From: an uncultured Hormoscilla sp.
GTDB taxonomy: Bacteria; Cyanobacteriota; Cyanobacteriia; Cyanobacteriales; Desertifilaceae
Assembly (NCBI GenBank): GCA_963921275.4
Contig: OZ001293.3
Coordinates: forward strand, 5,664,001-5,728,000
DNA length: 64,000 nt
Reading direction: 5' to 3'
Shown here one piece after another: positions 32,923 to 43,012 of the stretch (its first letter is position 1; each line of letters begins with the position of its first letter). Below the pieces are notes generated by a model that was not told the DNA's origin, did not search any database, and saw nothing but the letters and a program-made list of their open reading frames with translations. The translations under genes and the position numbers were made by a program.

Positions 32923-33699
32923 ATGGGCAGCCCGACTCAATGGGTAAAGAGCTTTTTGAATCTGTTTCTCAAGTCCAATTGTCCTCTGTGCGGACGTCCA
33001 GCCGATCGGGAATTATGTCCATCTTGCGAGCGCTCGCTGCTGCGGTGCCAGTTTACCAATCCCAGTCAATTTTGGAAAGGACCGCTGCCAATATTTGTCT
33101 GGGGCTTATACGGCGGCCTGCTCAAGCAAGCGATCGCTGCCCTCAAATACGAAAATCAGCCCCAGTTAGCTCGTCCTCTCGGTACTTGGCTAGCCCAAGC
33201 TTGGATGAAATCGATATCTCCTGGGAGCGCTACATGCGCTGCGCGCACGCTGCGCGATCGCACTACCCAGGAGATATCGACGCCCCATTCTCAGGTTAAA
33301 CCAGCGGTTCGACTTCCCTCACCGCAAGTAGTTGTACCTATCCCCCTACACGCCGATAAGCTCAAGCAGCGCGGCTTCAACCAGGCAGAACTGTTGGCAG
33401 AAAGCTTTTGCCAATACACGGGTTTACCCTTGTGCCGCCAGGGTTTAGAACGGGTGCGGACAACGGAGGCCCTGTTTGGTTTGTCTCTTACTGAAAGACA
33501 ACAAGTTTTGGCTGACGCCTTGAGTGTGGGTGAAAGCTTAACTCAAAAGCGACCGCAACGGGTGCTGCTGCTAGACGATATCTACACTACTGGTACTACT
33601 GTAAGCGAAGCCACTAGTGTCTTGCGCCGTCAGGGAATTTTCGTCTATGGCGTAGTCGCGATCGCCACCACCAAGAAATCTCCCGGTAGTGGGTCATAA
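32923..33699 (+). CDS. comF: ComF family protein with in-frame insert
   Basis: CPLC...CPSC zinc finger, RGFNQAELLA and LLDDIYTTGTT motifs. Confidence 0.92.
   Translation: MGSPTQWVKSFLNLFLKSNCPLCGRPADRELCPSCERSLLRCQFTNPSQFWKGPLPIFVWGLYGGLLKQAIAALKYENQPQLARPLGTWLAQAWMKSISPGSATCAARTLRDRTTQEISTPHSQVKPAVRLPSPQVVVPIPLHADKLKQRGFNQAELLAESFCQYTGLPLCRQGLERVRTTEALFGLSLTERQQVLADALSVGESLTQKRPQRVLLLDDIYTTGTTVSEATSVLRRQGIFVYGVVAIATTKKSPGSGS
33211..33280. repeat. Family A element, filled form (24-bp SDR-like unit in the loop)
   Basis: TCGATATCTCCTGGG-AGCGCTA[CATGCGCTGCGCGCACGCTGCGCG]ATCGCACTA-CCCAGGAGATATCGA. Confidence 0.9.
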
Positions 33700-33840
33700 G
33701 TAGTGATTTTAGCCTCTGGAGCCTAGAGAGGGCGGACTCAAGAGAGCATCCGATCGCGTAGGCGTAGCCGTGTGTGCGCAGCGCAATCGTTCATTTGGTC
33801 GAATTGGCACCTGCCGGGAAGATCGGGCTAGACCCAACAG

Positions 33841-33934
33841 CGATGTCTGAGAGATTTTTGCGATTTTATGCGCTACGCGCACGCTACGCGGACGCTCGCG
33901 TAGCATCCCGATTTTTCCGGAACGGCAGACATCG
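33841..33934. repeat. Family C element (intergenic) carrying an SDR-like unit
   Basis: Same outer sequence as 32008-32120 with a different passenger, ATGCGCTACGCGCACGCTACGCGGACGC. Confidence 0.85.
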
Positions 33935-34104
33935 AAAGCTAAATTAGCTACCAATTATTATCTCCCCACTCCTCGGGGTTGAGGGTTGGGGGTTGATGAT
34001 ATGAGTGATTCCCGAATCGAAGTAAATTAGGGGGGGGCCGAGCTGCGGGAACCGCAAGATTTGACGGCCACAAAGAGTCCTCTGCAATGCTGCGGTGCTG
34101 AGCT

Positions 34105-36382
34105 CTAGGTCGGTAGGAGAGGAGTGCTATTCTGATCGCTCACGTAAATCTTTGAAATCCCCTGCAGGGTAGCCAGGGTTTCCCCTTCAAAGTTAATCAA
34201 GGTATCTAGGCCCTGATAGACGTGAGCCAAATCTACCGTTCCGGAAAAATCGCGTCCAGCCCGATCGCGTCCAGCCCCGTCCGTATAATCTTCAAAGTCT
34301 ATGATAGTACCCATCATGTCCGACTCCAGAACAAAAATATTGGCCTCTGATCCTTCGTAGAGGCGATCGCTTCCATGGTTTCCGTAAACGCGATCGCTTC
34401 CCTCCCCGCCGATCAGAGTGTCCTCCTCCTCCTTTTCAAAGAGTGATAAAGTTAGGGGTTGGGGGTTGAGAGTTAGGGATTGACGAGTATTGCTAAAGTT
34501 AAGGTCAGTAGGAGATTCGGCAACATTGTTCACATTAATAATCAAAGCCTCCGAGTAACTGGCCCCAGTAACGTCAATAGTCTGAACGCGGATGCTGTAA
34601 CTCGACCTCATCTCCAAAGCCGGAGAACTGTTAATTAGCAATTGGTCCCCTACTATAGTGAAAGCAGCGTTATCATCGTCACCAAAACCAGAGATTAACC
34701 GGTAGGTAAAGGTATTTCCCCCGTCCGGATCGCTAGTAGAGAAAGTCCCCACGATCGCACCCTTACGGGAATTAGAATTGATACTGCTGTTGCTAAGAAC
34801 TATGTCGGTGGGAGACTCGGCAACATTGTTCACATTAATAATCAAAGCCTCTGAGTAACTGGCCCCAGTAGAGTCAGTAGTCTGGACGAATATCCTGTAA
34901 ATCGACTGAGTCTCAAAATCCGGGAAACTGTTAATTCGCAGTTGGTTCCCTACTATAGTGAAAGCAGCATTATCATCGTCACCGTCGCCCGAGACTAACT
35001 GGTAAGTAAAAGTATCTCCATTATCGGGATCGCTAGTAGACAAAGTCCCCACGACTGCACCCTCAGGGGAATCTTCATTGATGCTGCTGCTGCTAAGGAC
35101 TAGGTCGGTAGGAGACTCGCCGACATCGTTGACGTTAATAATCAAGACCTCCGAGTAACTGACCCCAGTCGAGTCAGTAGTCTGGACGCGGAGGCTGTAA
35201 CTGGACTGAGTCTCAAAGTCCAAAGAACTGTTAGTTAGCAGTTGGTTCCCTACTATAGTACAGCCAGAGATCCTCCAAATTGGAAAGATTCCCTAACTGA
35301 CTCGGGATGGTGCCAGTCAGTTGGTTTTCGTTCAGCCGGAGACGATTCAAATTGGAAAGATTCCCTAACTCAGTCGGGATGCTGCCAGTCAGTTTGTTCG
35401 ACTGCAGGTAGAGATCCTCCAAATTGGAAAGATTCCCTAACTCACTCGGGATGGTGCCAGTTAGTCGGTTGTTGGACAGCTCGAGATCTTCTCTCAAATT
35501 GGAAAGATTCCCTAACTCACTCGGGATGCTGCCAGTCAGGTCGTTGTTGTCCAGGTCGAGATCTTCCAAATTGAAAAGATTCCCTAACTGACTCGGGATG
35601 CTGCCAGTCAGACCGTTCCTGTTCAGATAGAGTCCCGTCACCCTGACTCTATCTAGCGTCACCCCAAACCAATTAGCAACAACAGACTCATCGGGGAGAA
35701 TGGTACTGTTGAAATCCCAGTCCTCCCAGCCATTCGTGTTATCCCAAGATGTAGCCCTACCCGTGCCTTGGTATAGACGCCTTAAGGCCTCATAATCCTG
35801 CTGATTGAGGGGGAGCAATATGCCTCCATAGGCTATCTGAGCTTCTGCGGACAATGCTAAGGGAGTTTCCATCCCGGGAGTCCGCCACTCCAACTCCCAA
35901 TTCCCGCCCCGGGCTGCTGCCCCTGTCCGGGTAGTAGAGGCGGCAATATCAGCCGCGGTCAGGGCCTGTAGCTTAGCCATCAACTCCTCTCCTGCATCTC
36001 CGGCGGCGACGTTACAGCCGTAGAGTAGGAGTTGTTTTACCTTCCACTTCTGCAGGGTAGAGGCGTAATCCCCTAGGGTATCTAAACTCAGTTGGGAGTT
36101 CCCCAGATACAGACAGCCAGGGCTGCCGTGGGAGAGTAGGTGAAGAACCTCTGTTTCCCGATGCTGTAGGAGTTGTTCGCCGATCTGTTCGATGCCATCG
36201 GACTGAGGGTCTAAGAGGAAGGGTTTGGCCTGGGGCCGGATGCCGTCTATAAGCTGCTGGTAGTTTTCTAGGGAGGCATCCACTACTACCATGGTGTTGG
36301 CATTGGTATTGGTATTATGCTTCATTTTTGGTTCTGAATTCATTTTTCTGTCGAGGTGCCGGTTCGCATTGCTGAGCTTCAA
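34105..36382 (-). pseudogene. DUF4347 + plant-type LRR + cadherin-repeat surface protein, broken by an out-of-frame internal deletion
   Basis: LHLLSHGSPG...LLYGCNVA (DUF4347); LTGSIPSELGNLSNLEDL repeats; DFETQSSYSLRVQTTD cadherin repeats; junction near 35260. Confidence 0.85.
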
Positions 36383-36465
36383 GACGTTTCAAAACCCGTT
36401 CGTCAGCATCATAAGCTTTGTCTGCGAGTAACGCATCAGCCTTAATATTATCAAGTAACACATCA
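36375..36465 (-). mobile_element. IS5-family internal fragment
   Basis: Near-identical to 60940-61029 (LLADKAY region). Confidence 0.85.
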
Positions 36466-36780
36466 GTCGGGGTCGAGCCTATTGTCACCCCCCAACCCTC
36501 CCATTCGGAACCGGACTCTCTTTACCGCATCCGGCTACTGGGAAGTAGGGCCTTGTCATCGCTAGGATTACTAGGGATTACTCCCATTGTCCCTCATCTC
36601 ATGTAATTTCTCCTTTTTCCTGGTTGGTAAGTGGCACTGCCAGATAACCTTTAGTATTACCATTTTCTCAAGTCTGTTTTACCAGTCATCCCACCTTAGC
36701 TACGCCAGGTATTGGGGCATGTTAGGAATACTTTTGCCCAAGATTTCCTACTTTCACCAACCCGCGTCTGCATGTTGAGG
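36466..36780 (-). mobile_element. 3' fragment (DIV-DVI) of the ORF-less group II intron
   Basis: Reverse complement aligns with 11765-12076 and ends CTCGACCCCGAC joined to the IS5 fragment; DV partly deleted. Confidence 0.85.
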
Positions 36781-37306
36781 CATTATTATCCTGATGTAAG
36801 GGATGAACTTTTTTAGGGTTGGTCACCGGCGACCTTGAGGGAAGCCAGCTTTTAGCTATTATAGTAGCTTTCTTGCTTGGACTATAATCATTAAAACATA
36901 TTTTCCGGAAATTATCATAAATAAATTTTTTGCCACTATACTGTCGGGGTTGGGTGTCTCTGTTCAATAACGATGTCCGTGTAGTTCCCATGTCGATCGC
37001 CGGTCATGCCCCATTCTTGTATCCCGTTCGCGTAGCGTGCGCGCAGCGCATTCGCGATCTAGACCAAACTTACAGCAGCGTATTGTCATACATCATATTT
37101 GCCCGCGATCCCTCCCCAGCTTTTTCAACCGGCGCTATTGAGCAACTTGCCCCCGGGGGGCTGGAAGGGGCTCCTCTTACCAATGGGCGCAAGACCACAC
37201 CCCTGATCTTACTCCGGCATTGGAAGTGCTTCCTCCGGCCTTGGAGTTACTCAACTGCTTTTCGGTAATCTTGGCTCACGTCAAAGCCAAAGGTTGTGAC
37301 GTCACT

Positions 37307-37430
37307 GAATGACTTTCGTACTTGGTGGAATGATTCAGTTACTCCTGGAAATGAATAGTTACTCCTAGAAATGAATAATTTTTCCCGGAAATGACTGAGT
37401 CACTAGAGGGAGTTCCGAAGTTATTCCGGG
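37307..37430. repeat. Degenerate 20-21 bp tandem array
   Basis: GAATGATTCAGTTACTCCTGG, AAATGAATAGTTACTCCTAG, AAATGAATAATTTTTCCCGG, ... Confidence 0.6.
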
Positions 37431-37766
37431 ATAAAATATTTCTATTGTTAAGGGGCGTGAGCGCAGGCTGCGACCTTCGAGGCCAACGCCATTTAGGGAG
37501 AAAGCTCAGAGTCGGCTGAGATGCCTAAAGGGCGCACTACTCGTACTAATAGAGGCGGAGCCTCAATAGCTCGTTCCCTGGCAGAGCCAAGGAACGAGGG
37601 TAAAACGCTTTCTCGATAAGGCAATAAGATCGGTTTTCAACCGACTTTAGCTATTAGCCTTTGGGTTTTAACCCACGGCGGGCCATGAAGCCAAGAGGGG
37701 GGTCAAACCCCCTCTTGGCCTAAGCTCTCCCACTATGTTAAAATGAGAAAAGTCTGAGGATGAGGA

Positions 37767-40754
37767 GTGGCTTTGAAAGATAAACATCGCAAATATCTGC
37801 TGGTTTTGGCAATCATCTGGTTGGCGGGGGCAGCAATCGATCGCCTGTGGTTTGCCCTGGACAATGGGGTCTTTGCTTGGGACCAGGCGGACTACCTGAC
37901 CGGGGCCTTAAATTACTGGCAAATCCTGCAAGCACCAGAATGGTTGAATAGGGAATGGTGGACCTCTTTCTGGATGCGATCGACCAAAATTCCGCCCCTA
38001 ACCTACATTACCACGGTTCCCTTTCTGAATATCTTTGGCACTGGACCGGACCAATCCACCCTGGTAATGCTATTCTATAGTGCCATTGGACTAGGTTCGG
38101 TGTATTGTCTGGGCAGGCAATTATTTAATGTCCGGGTGGCCCTATGGGCAGCGGCACTCTGTCAAATACTACCTGGTTTATATCGCTATCGCCTGGATTT
38201 TCTCCTAGATTATCCCCTGACAGCAACTGTTACCCTGAGTTTCTGCTGTCTGACCCTCTGGAAAAAGTCAATTAACTCCACTACCCTAAAGGGTAGGGCT
38301 ACAAGAACAAAGCCCGCCTGCGCAAGCTTAGGGTTGGCGACTATAGGGAGGAGGATACTGCTAGAAAACAAGTGTATTCATGGATGGTTTTGGGCAATTG
38401 TATTTGGGCTTTCCTTGGGGATGGCGCTATTAGTAAAGCAGACAGCATTATTTTTCCTATTGATGCCAATTTTGTGGGTAATTTTTGGGACAATTAAACA
38501 GGGTCAGTGGGGGCGCATAGCGCAGTTGATGGGGAGTTTGGCGGTAGCATTGTTAGTATGTTATCCCTGGTATCGCACCAATTGGTTGCTGATTTTGACC
38601 TCTGGTAAACGGGCAACCCTAGATGCGGCGATCGCCGAAGGAGACCCGGCCCTCAATACCATCGACGCCTGGGTTTACTACTGGAAAATTACTCTTTACC
38701 TGGTTTCCTGGCCTTTATTGCTAGTGGCGATCGTTGGCTTAATTCTCTATTGGCGGCAGCAAGGTAAGAGCAAGATGAATCTGCTGCCACCTGACTATTT
38801 CCCTATCTACCCATCTCCCCATCTCCCTATTCAGCATCACCTAGATTTCCCTTCCTTATCTAGGCGTCCAAATAAGAAGCATGCCACAGTAAAGGAGATG
38901 ATGGACTGGAAATGGTTAGCAGTATTTGCGATCGGGGCATATATTCTCTGTTCCCTGAATATTAATAAAGATGCCCGCTACGTGTTACCCTATTTACCTA
39001 TATTATCCCTGTGGTTAGCCAAGGGCTTGATTTCCTGGGATGCTGTCAGTCGTCTTTGGGGAAGTAAGATCCGTTGGGGAACGATGCTGTTAGCAACAGG
39101 ACTGATGTTGAGTAATCTCTTTCCTCTGCCTGGTGCTTCCCTTACCCAAATTCTCAGCCCCCGGACCCAGCATTATCCTTATCGGGGACAACCCTGGCCT
39201 CACCAAGAAGTAATTGATGAAATAATTAAAACTGAACCCTATTTGCGCTCGACCCTAGGAGTATTGCCCTCGACACCATTCATTAATCAGCACAATTTCA
39301 ACCATTACGGTGCCTTAAGGAACTTTCAGGTGTACGGACGTCAGGTGGGGACTCAGACAGAACAGGTGCCACAAGATGCCCGATCTCTATCTTGGTTTGC
39401 GACCAAAACGGGGGAGCAAGGATCGGTGCCCACAGCAGCGCAAACTCAAATCGTGCAAATAGTCGAGCAAGGATCGGATTTTAAACTGCAGAAAAGCTGG
39501 CCCTTAGCTGATGGCAGTACCCTCAAACTCTACCACAAAAAACAGCCGCCCGTACAGGTACAACCCGCCGCAGTACCCAGTACCGAAGTGCAGCTAGTCA
39601 GAGTAGAAGTGCCGGAAACAGTGCCTCCAGGAGTTCCCGTCCCTGTAACCTATGAGTGGATTGGTCCGTGGGAAGAGCTACAATCGGGTTTAGTATTAAT
39701 CACCTGGCAAATTGATGGTAATGTGAGGTGGGAAATGCCCAAATGGAAGCCTGCGCAGGCGGACTTTGTATCTGTAGCCCCACCATTTATGGTGGGGGTA
39801 GAGAAAAAGCCCACCTTGAAGCCCGCGCAGGCGGGCTTTGTATCTGTAGCCCGACCCTTTAGGGCGGGCGTTATGGTGGGGGTAGAGAAAAAGCCCACCT
39901 TGAAGCCCGCGCAGGCGGGCTTTGTATCTGTAGCCCGACCCTTTAGGGCGGGCGTTATGGTGGGGGTAGAGAAATCTCAAAGATGGTTGCACGACCACGG
40001 TATTGGCATGGGTGCTTTGTATTCTGAACAAGCAGATAAGTCAAGCTTTCAGGTCATAGAACATCTGGCAATGCTGCCTCCCTCCGACCTGCTAGCTGGT
40101 GCATACAGCCTCAAGGCGACCTACCTGAACCGGAAAACGGGTGAAAGCTATCCGATAAAAGTGCCAAAGGTGACTGTTACCATCGACCCCGATGCTGCTA
40201 TAATATCTCCGGTTTCTCCTGGGAGCGCTACATGCGCTGCGCGCACGCTACGCGGACGCACTACCCAGGAGAAACCGTCACCGGAATTGGATCTGGTGAC
40301 CCAGCTACGGCAGGTTGCCACCCACTTACCCAAGGGGTCCGAGGGACTGAAGATTGTCTTTGCCCAAACCGGGAGGATTAACCAGTACGATCCAATTCAG
40401 GACTATGTCCTGCAAGCCGATCTGGCCCTAACATATCGGATGCAGCAAGAACCAGAAAATCTGGACTGGGCCTATGAGCTGGTCTTATCCAGGGTGTTAC
40501 AGCAAAATGTAGAAGGCGCGATCGCGGCATTAAGACAAGTCCGGCAGCTAGACCCCCAAAACCCCTATGTTCATGCCTACTTGGCCTTCGTTTACCTTTA
40601 TGACTGGCGTCCTGGAGAGGCGGAACGGGCCCTGGAATGGGCGATCGCCCTTTTTCCTAATTTACCTGAAATCAAAATCCTCAGAGGCATTATTGCCCTG
40701 ATGCAACTCAACCTCACCAAAGCGTGGTATTATCTATCTGGAAGTATCAGTTAG
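37767..40754 (+). CDS. PMT/ArnT-type (GT39-like) membrane glycosyltransferase with C-terminal TPR and several in-frame repeat inserts
   Basis: AWDQADYL, FLLDYPL, LLVKQ and NKDARY motifs, many TM helices, TPR-like C-terminus. Confidence 0.85.
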   Translation: MALKDKHRKYLLVLAIIWLAGAAIDRLWFALDNGVFAWDQADYLTGALNYWQILQAPEWLNREWWTSFWMRSTKIPPLTYITTVPFLNIFGTGPDQSTLVMLFYSAIGLGSVYCLGRQLFNVRVALWAAALCQILPGLYRYRLDFLLDYPLTATVTLSFCCLTLWKKSINSTTLKGRATRTKPACASLGLATIGRRILLENKCIHGWFWAIVFGLSLGMALLVKQTALFFLLMPILWVIFGTIKQGQWGRIAQLMGSLAVALLVCYPWYRTNWLLILTSGKRATLDAAIAEGDPALNTIDAWVYYWKITLYLVSWPLLLVAIVGLILYWRQQGKSKMNLLPPDYFPIYPSPHLPIQHHLDFPSLSRRPNKKHATVKEMMDWKWLAVFAIGAYILCSLNINKDARYVLPYLPILSLWLAKGLISWDAVSRLWGSKIRWGTMLLATGLMLSNLFPLPGASLTQILSPRTQHYPYRGQPWPHQEVIDEIIKTEPYLRSTLGVLPSTPFINQHNFNHYGALRNFQVYGRQVGTQTEQVPQDARSLSWFATKTGEQGSVPTAAQTQIVQIVEQGSDFKLQKSWPLADGSTLKLYHKKQPPVQVQPAAVPSTEVQLVRVEVPETVPPGVPVPVTYEWIGPWEELQSGLVLITWQIDGNVRWEMPKWKPAQADFVSVAPPFMVGVEKKPTLKPAQAGFVSVARPFRAGVMVGVEKKPTLKPAQAGFVSVARPFRAGVMVGVEKSQRWLHDHGIGMGALYSEQADKSSFQVIEHLAMLPPSDLLAGAYSLKATYLNRKTGESYPIKVPKVTVTIDPDAAIISPVSPGSATCAARTLRGRTTQEKPSPELDLVTQLRQVATHLPKGSEGLKIVFAQTGRINQYDPIQDYVLQADLALTYRMQQEPENLDWAYELVLSRVLQQNVEGAIAALRQVRQLDPQNPYVHAYLAFVYLYDWRPGEAERALEWAIALFPNLPEIKILRGIIALMQLNLTKAWYYLSGSIS
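39746..39973. repeat. Three tandem REP-like double-hairpin units in frame (unit spacing 72 and 84 bp)
   Basis: AAGCCCGCGCAGGCGGGCTT-TGTATCT-GTAG-CCCGACCCTTTAGGGCGGG; inverted related copy at 38280-38328. Confidence 0.85.
40210..40277. repeat. Family A element, filled form
   Basis: CGGTTTCTCCTGGG-AGCGCTA[24 bp]GACGCACTA-CCCAGGAGAAACCG. Confidence 0.9.
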
Positions 40755-40763
40755 GCGAGTATT

Positions 40764-41000
40764 ATGGTAGTCGATCAACACCGAGAAGCTTTTATCCCTA
40801 TCGTCGCTCTGACATCATCGAACTTTGTCTGGAAGACGGTAAGTTAGCCGCCGCCGATGTGCAAAAGTTTCGGGATTTTTGCTAAATCCTCTCAGCATAT
40901 TACCATTTTCAGTTCCATCGGCCGCTGGAGTTTTTAAAAAATAATTTTGCCCCCTTCGATCCGGGTGCCGATACCAAGTCCAGAACTCAACCCACCCCGG
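40764..41000 (+). pseudogene. DUF3754/TMEM143-like N-terminal remnant
   Basis: REAFIPYRRSDIIELCL...FRDFC*ILSAYYHFQFH...LKNNFAPFDP with a frameshift and a stop. Confidence 0.6.
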
Positions 41001-41023
41001 TTCGATGTCTCCGGAGAACGCTA

Positions 41024-41689
41024 CAACTGCAACCCACTCACGTCATTACTCAAGACCAATGCGATGTTTGTGCCTGTTTTTTGTCTGATGTCGAGGCAGC
41101 GGTGGGGGAACTGACGGGCATTCAGCCCCAGATTATTTCCTTACAACCAAATATTTTAGCAGACCTGTGGGCGGATCTGCAACGAGTGGCCAATGCTTTA
41201 TCAGTTCCCGGAGATGGGGCGATCGCCTCCTTAAAAGCGCGAGTCGAAAAGATTGAGCAGCAGGAGAAGAAGGCCCATCCCAAGGTAGCTTGTATCGAGT
41301 GGACGGAACCGCTGATGGCAGCAGGAAACTGGGTGCCAGAATTAGTTAATTTGGCGGGGGGCAAGTCACTGTTTGGCATTACAGAAAAGCATTCTCCGTG
41401 GATGGAATGGTCAGAAATTGTAGCAGCGGATCCAGAAATAATTATTTTCATGCCCTGCGGTTTTGATTTAGAACGCACTCGCCAAGATGCCCGACAATTG
41501 ACAACACATCCGGAGTGGCAGAACTTGCCAGCAGTTCGGACTGGGAAAGTTTACATCATTGATGGGAATTCCTACTTTAAGCGTCCCGGTCCTCGGTTAG
41601 TGGATTCATTAGAAATCCTAGCAGAGATTCTGCATCCAGAAATCTTTAATTTTGGGTATCGAGGCACTGGATGGGAACGGGTGCATTGA
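41024..41689 (+). pseudogene. BtuF-like cobalamin/Fe-siderophore binding protein, N-terminally truncated
   Basis: LQPTHVITQDQCDVCA, ACIEWTEPLMAAGNWVPE and PGPRLVDSLEILA; normal N-terminus missing. Confidence 0.75.
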
Positions 41690-41759
41690 AATGCAAGCTT
41701 CGCTACCACACCCTACGCTGGAACCCTTTCCCAGTGGGGCTAGACCACCGATCAGTCGT

Positions 41760-42182
41760 TTATGCGATCGTCCAATCGGAAAGTCTCAGAGAAGGTACCC
41801 GTGCAAAATCCCGTCGGTTGCGCGTAACCAGGATAGCATTTACCGAAAGTGCGATCGCTGCAATTCGCAAATCTTGCGTACCAATGCGAATCTTTTGACG
41901 AATCAACTCTGCGTAACAATTGTAAGCCTCCTGGTCTAAGTCAAGCAAATTAACAGTTTTGAAATAATCCCAAGCACCACGCAGCCTTGCATAAGCTAAT
42001 ATTAGTGTATCAGCTGATTTAGCCTGCTTAATCATATTAAGCCATCCATACATCTGTTCCTCGAATGTAACGACAGTTACAGCAATCGCTTCAGGAACGA
42101 CGGCATCAATGCGCTGTCTTACAAGTGGATGCCCCCGCTGATAAAGCGAAACATGATCCGTATCAAGTATCCACAGAGTCAC
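41760..42182 (-). CDS. VapC/PIN toxin
   Basis: WILDTDHVS, IGTQDLRIAAIAL and LVTRNRRDF motifs. Confidence 0.92.
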   Translation of the reverse strand: MTLWILDTDHVSLYQRGHPLVRQRIDAVVPEAIAVTVVTFEEQMYGWLNMIKQAKSADTLILAYARLRGAWDYFKTVNLLDLDQEAYNCYAELIRQKIRIGTQDLRIAAIALSVNAILVTRNRRDFARVPSLRLSDWTIA

Positions 42183-42610
42183 TTCGTTCCATCAACCTCA
42201 TCTAGTTCACGATAATATGCTTCCATTTCCGCATCCCGCTCGCGACGAAAGGCTTCAATATCTGCCAGTACCTCGTCGAAATATGGATCGTCCTTAAACA
42301 TCCCAGCAAACTTTTTCCAAGGATGTTCGGGTTTGGGCAGTTCTATTTCCATTTTAAAAATTTCCGCCTTTGACAAACGCTCTATCAAAAGCTGGCGTAC
42401 CTTTGCCAGTGCTTCTTCTCGCGTCGCCCCCTCAGCCTGACAGTCAAGCGAACCCCACACTGTCGCCCTCACACTACCCTCGTTTTCCGTTTCTATCACG
42501 ACATCATAAGTCAACTTATACGACTTGTCTGCCGTCGATGTCAACTCCTTAGTCTTAGTCTCCATCTTATCCGACTTGGACGATGTCAACTCCTTAGTCT
42601 TAGTCTCCAT
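42179..42610 (-). CDS. HicB-like antitoxin with duplicated N-terminus
   Basis: AEGATREEAL and HPWKKFAGMFKDDPYFDEV; 4-nt overlap with the toxin gene. Confidence 0.85.
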   Translation of the reverse strand: METKTKELTSSKSDKMETKTKELTSTADKSYKLTYDVVIETENEGSVRATVWGSLDCQAEGATREEALAKVRQLLIERLSKAEIFKMEIELPKPEHPWKKFAGMFKDDPYFDEVLADIEAFRRERDAEMEAYYRELDEVDGTK

Positions 42611-42695
42611 TTCTATCCTCTGTACTACTTGCCTTTCTTTTTCATCTTAACATCATATCCGTTTGATTGACAAGCATTAAACAAAAGTTAACATT

Positions 42696-43012
42696 AATCT
42701 TCGACTTGACGGTAATATGCTTCCATCTCTGCATCCAGTTCGCGGCGATAGGCTTCTATATGTTCCAGCACTTCTGGAAAAACCGGATTATCTGCATACT
42801 CAAGAGCAAACTTCATCCGTTCTGATTTTTCCATTTCAATTTAAATTTACATCTGGACAATTTATGCCTTTAAAAAACGCGCCTTCAAAAGCTGACATAA
42901 AGAAGCGACCGCCTCTTCTCGCACAGTCAGGCAAACCCCACACTGTTGCCCTCACCATACCAGACTTCTCTGATTCAATTATCACATCATAAGTCAACTG
43001 CTTAGTCTCCAT
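42696..43012 (-). pseudogene. Degenerate paralog of the adjacent antitoxin
   Basis: METKQLTYDVIIE...VRATVWGLPDC...EAYRRELDAEMEAYYR with a frameshift and stops. Confidence 0.8.

Noticed and set aside
35270..35620. 72-bp periodic repeat resembling a CRISPR array
   Set aside because: It encodes 24-aa LRR units on the minus strand, and the variable parts are homologous codons, not unique spacers.
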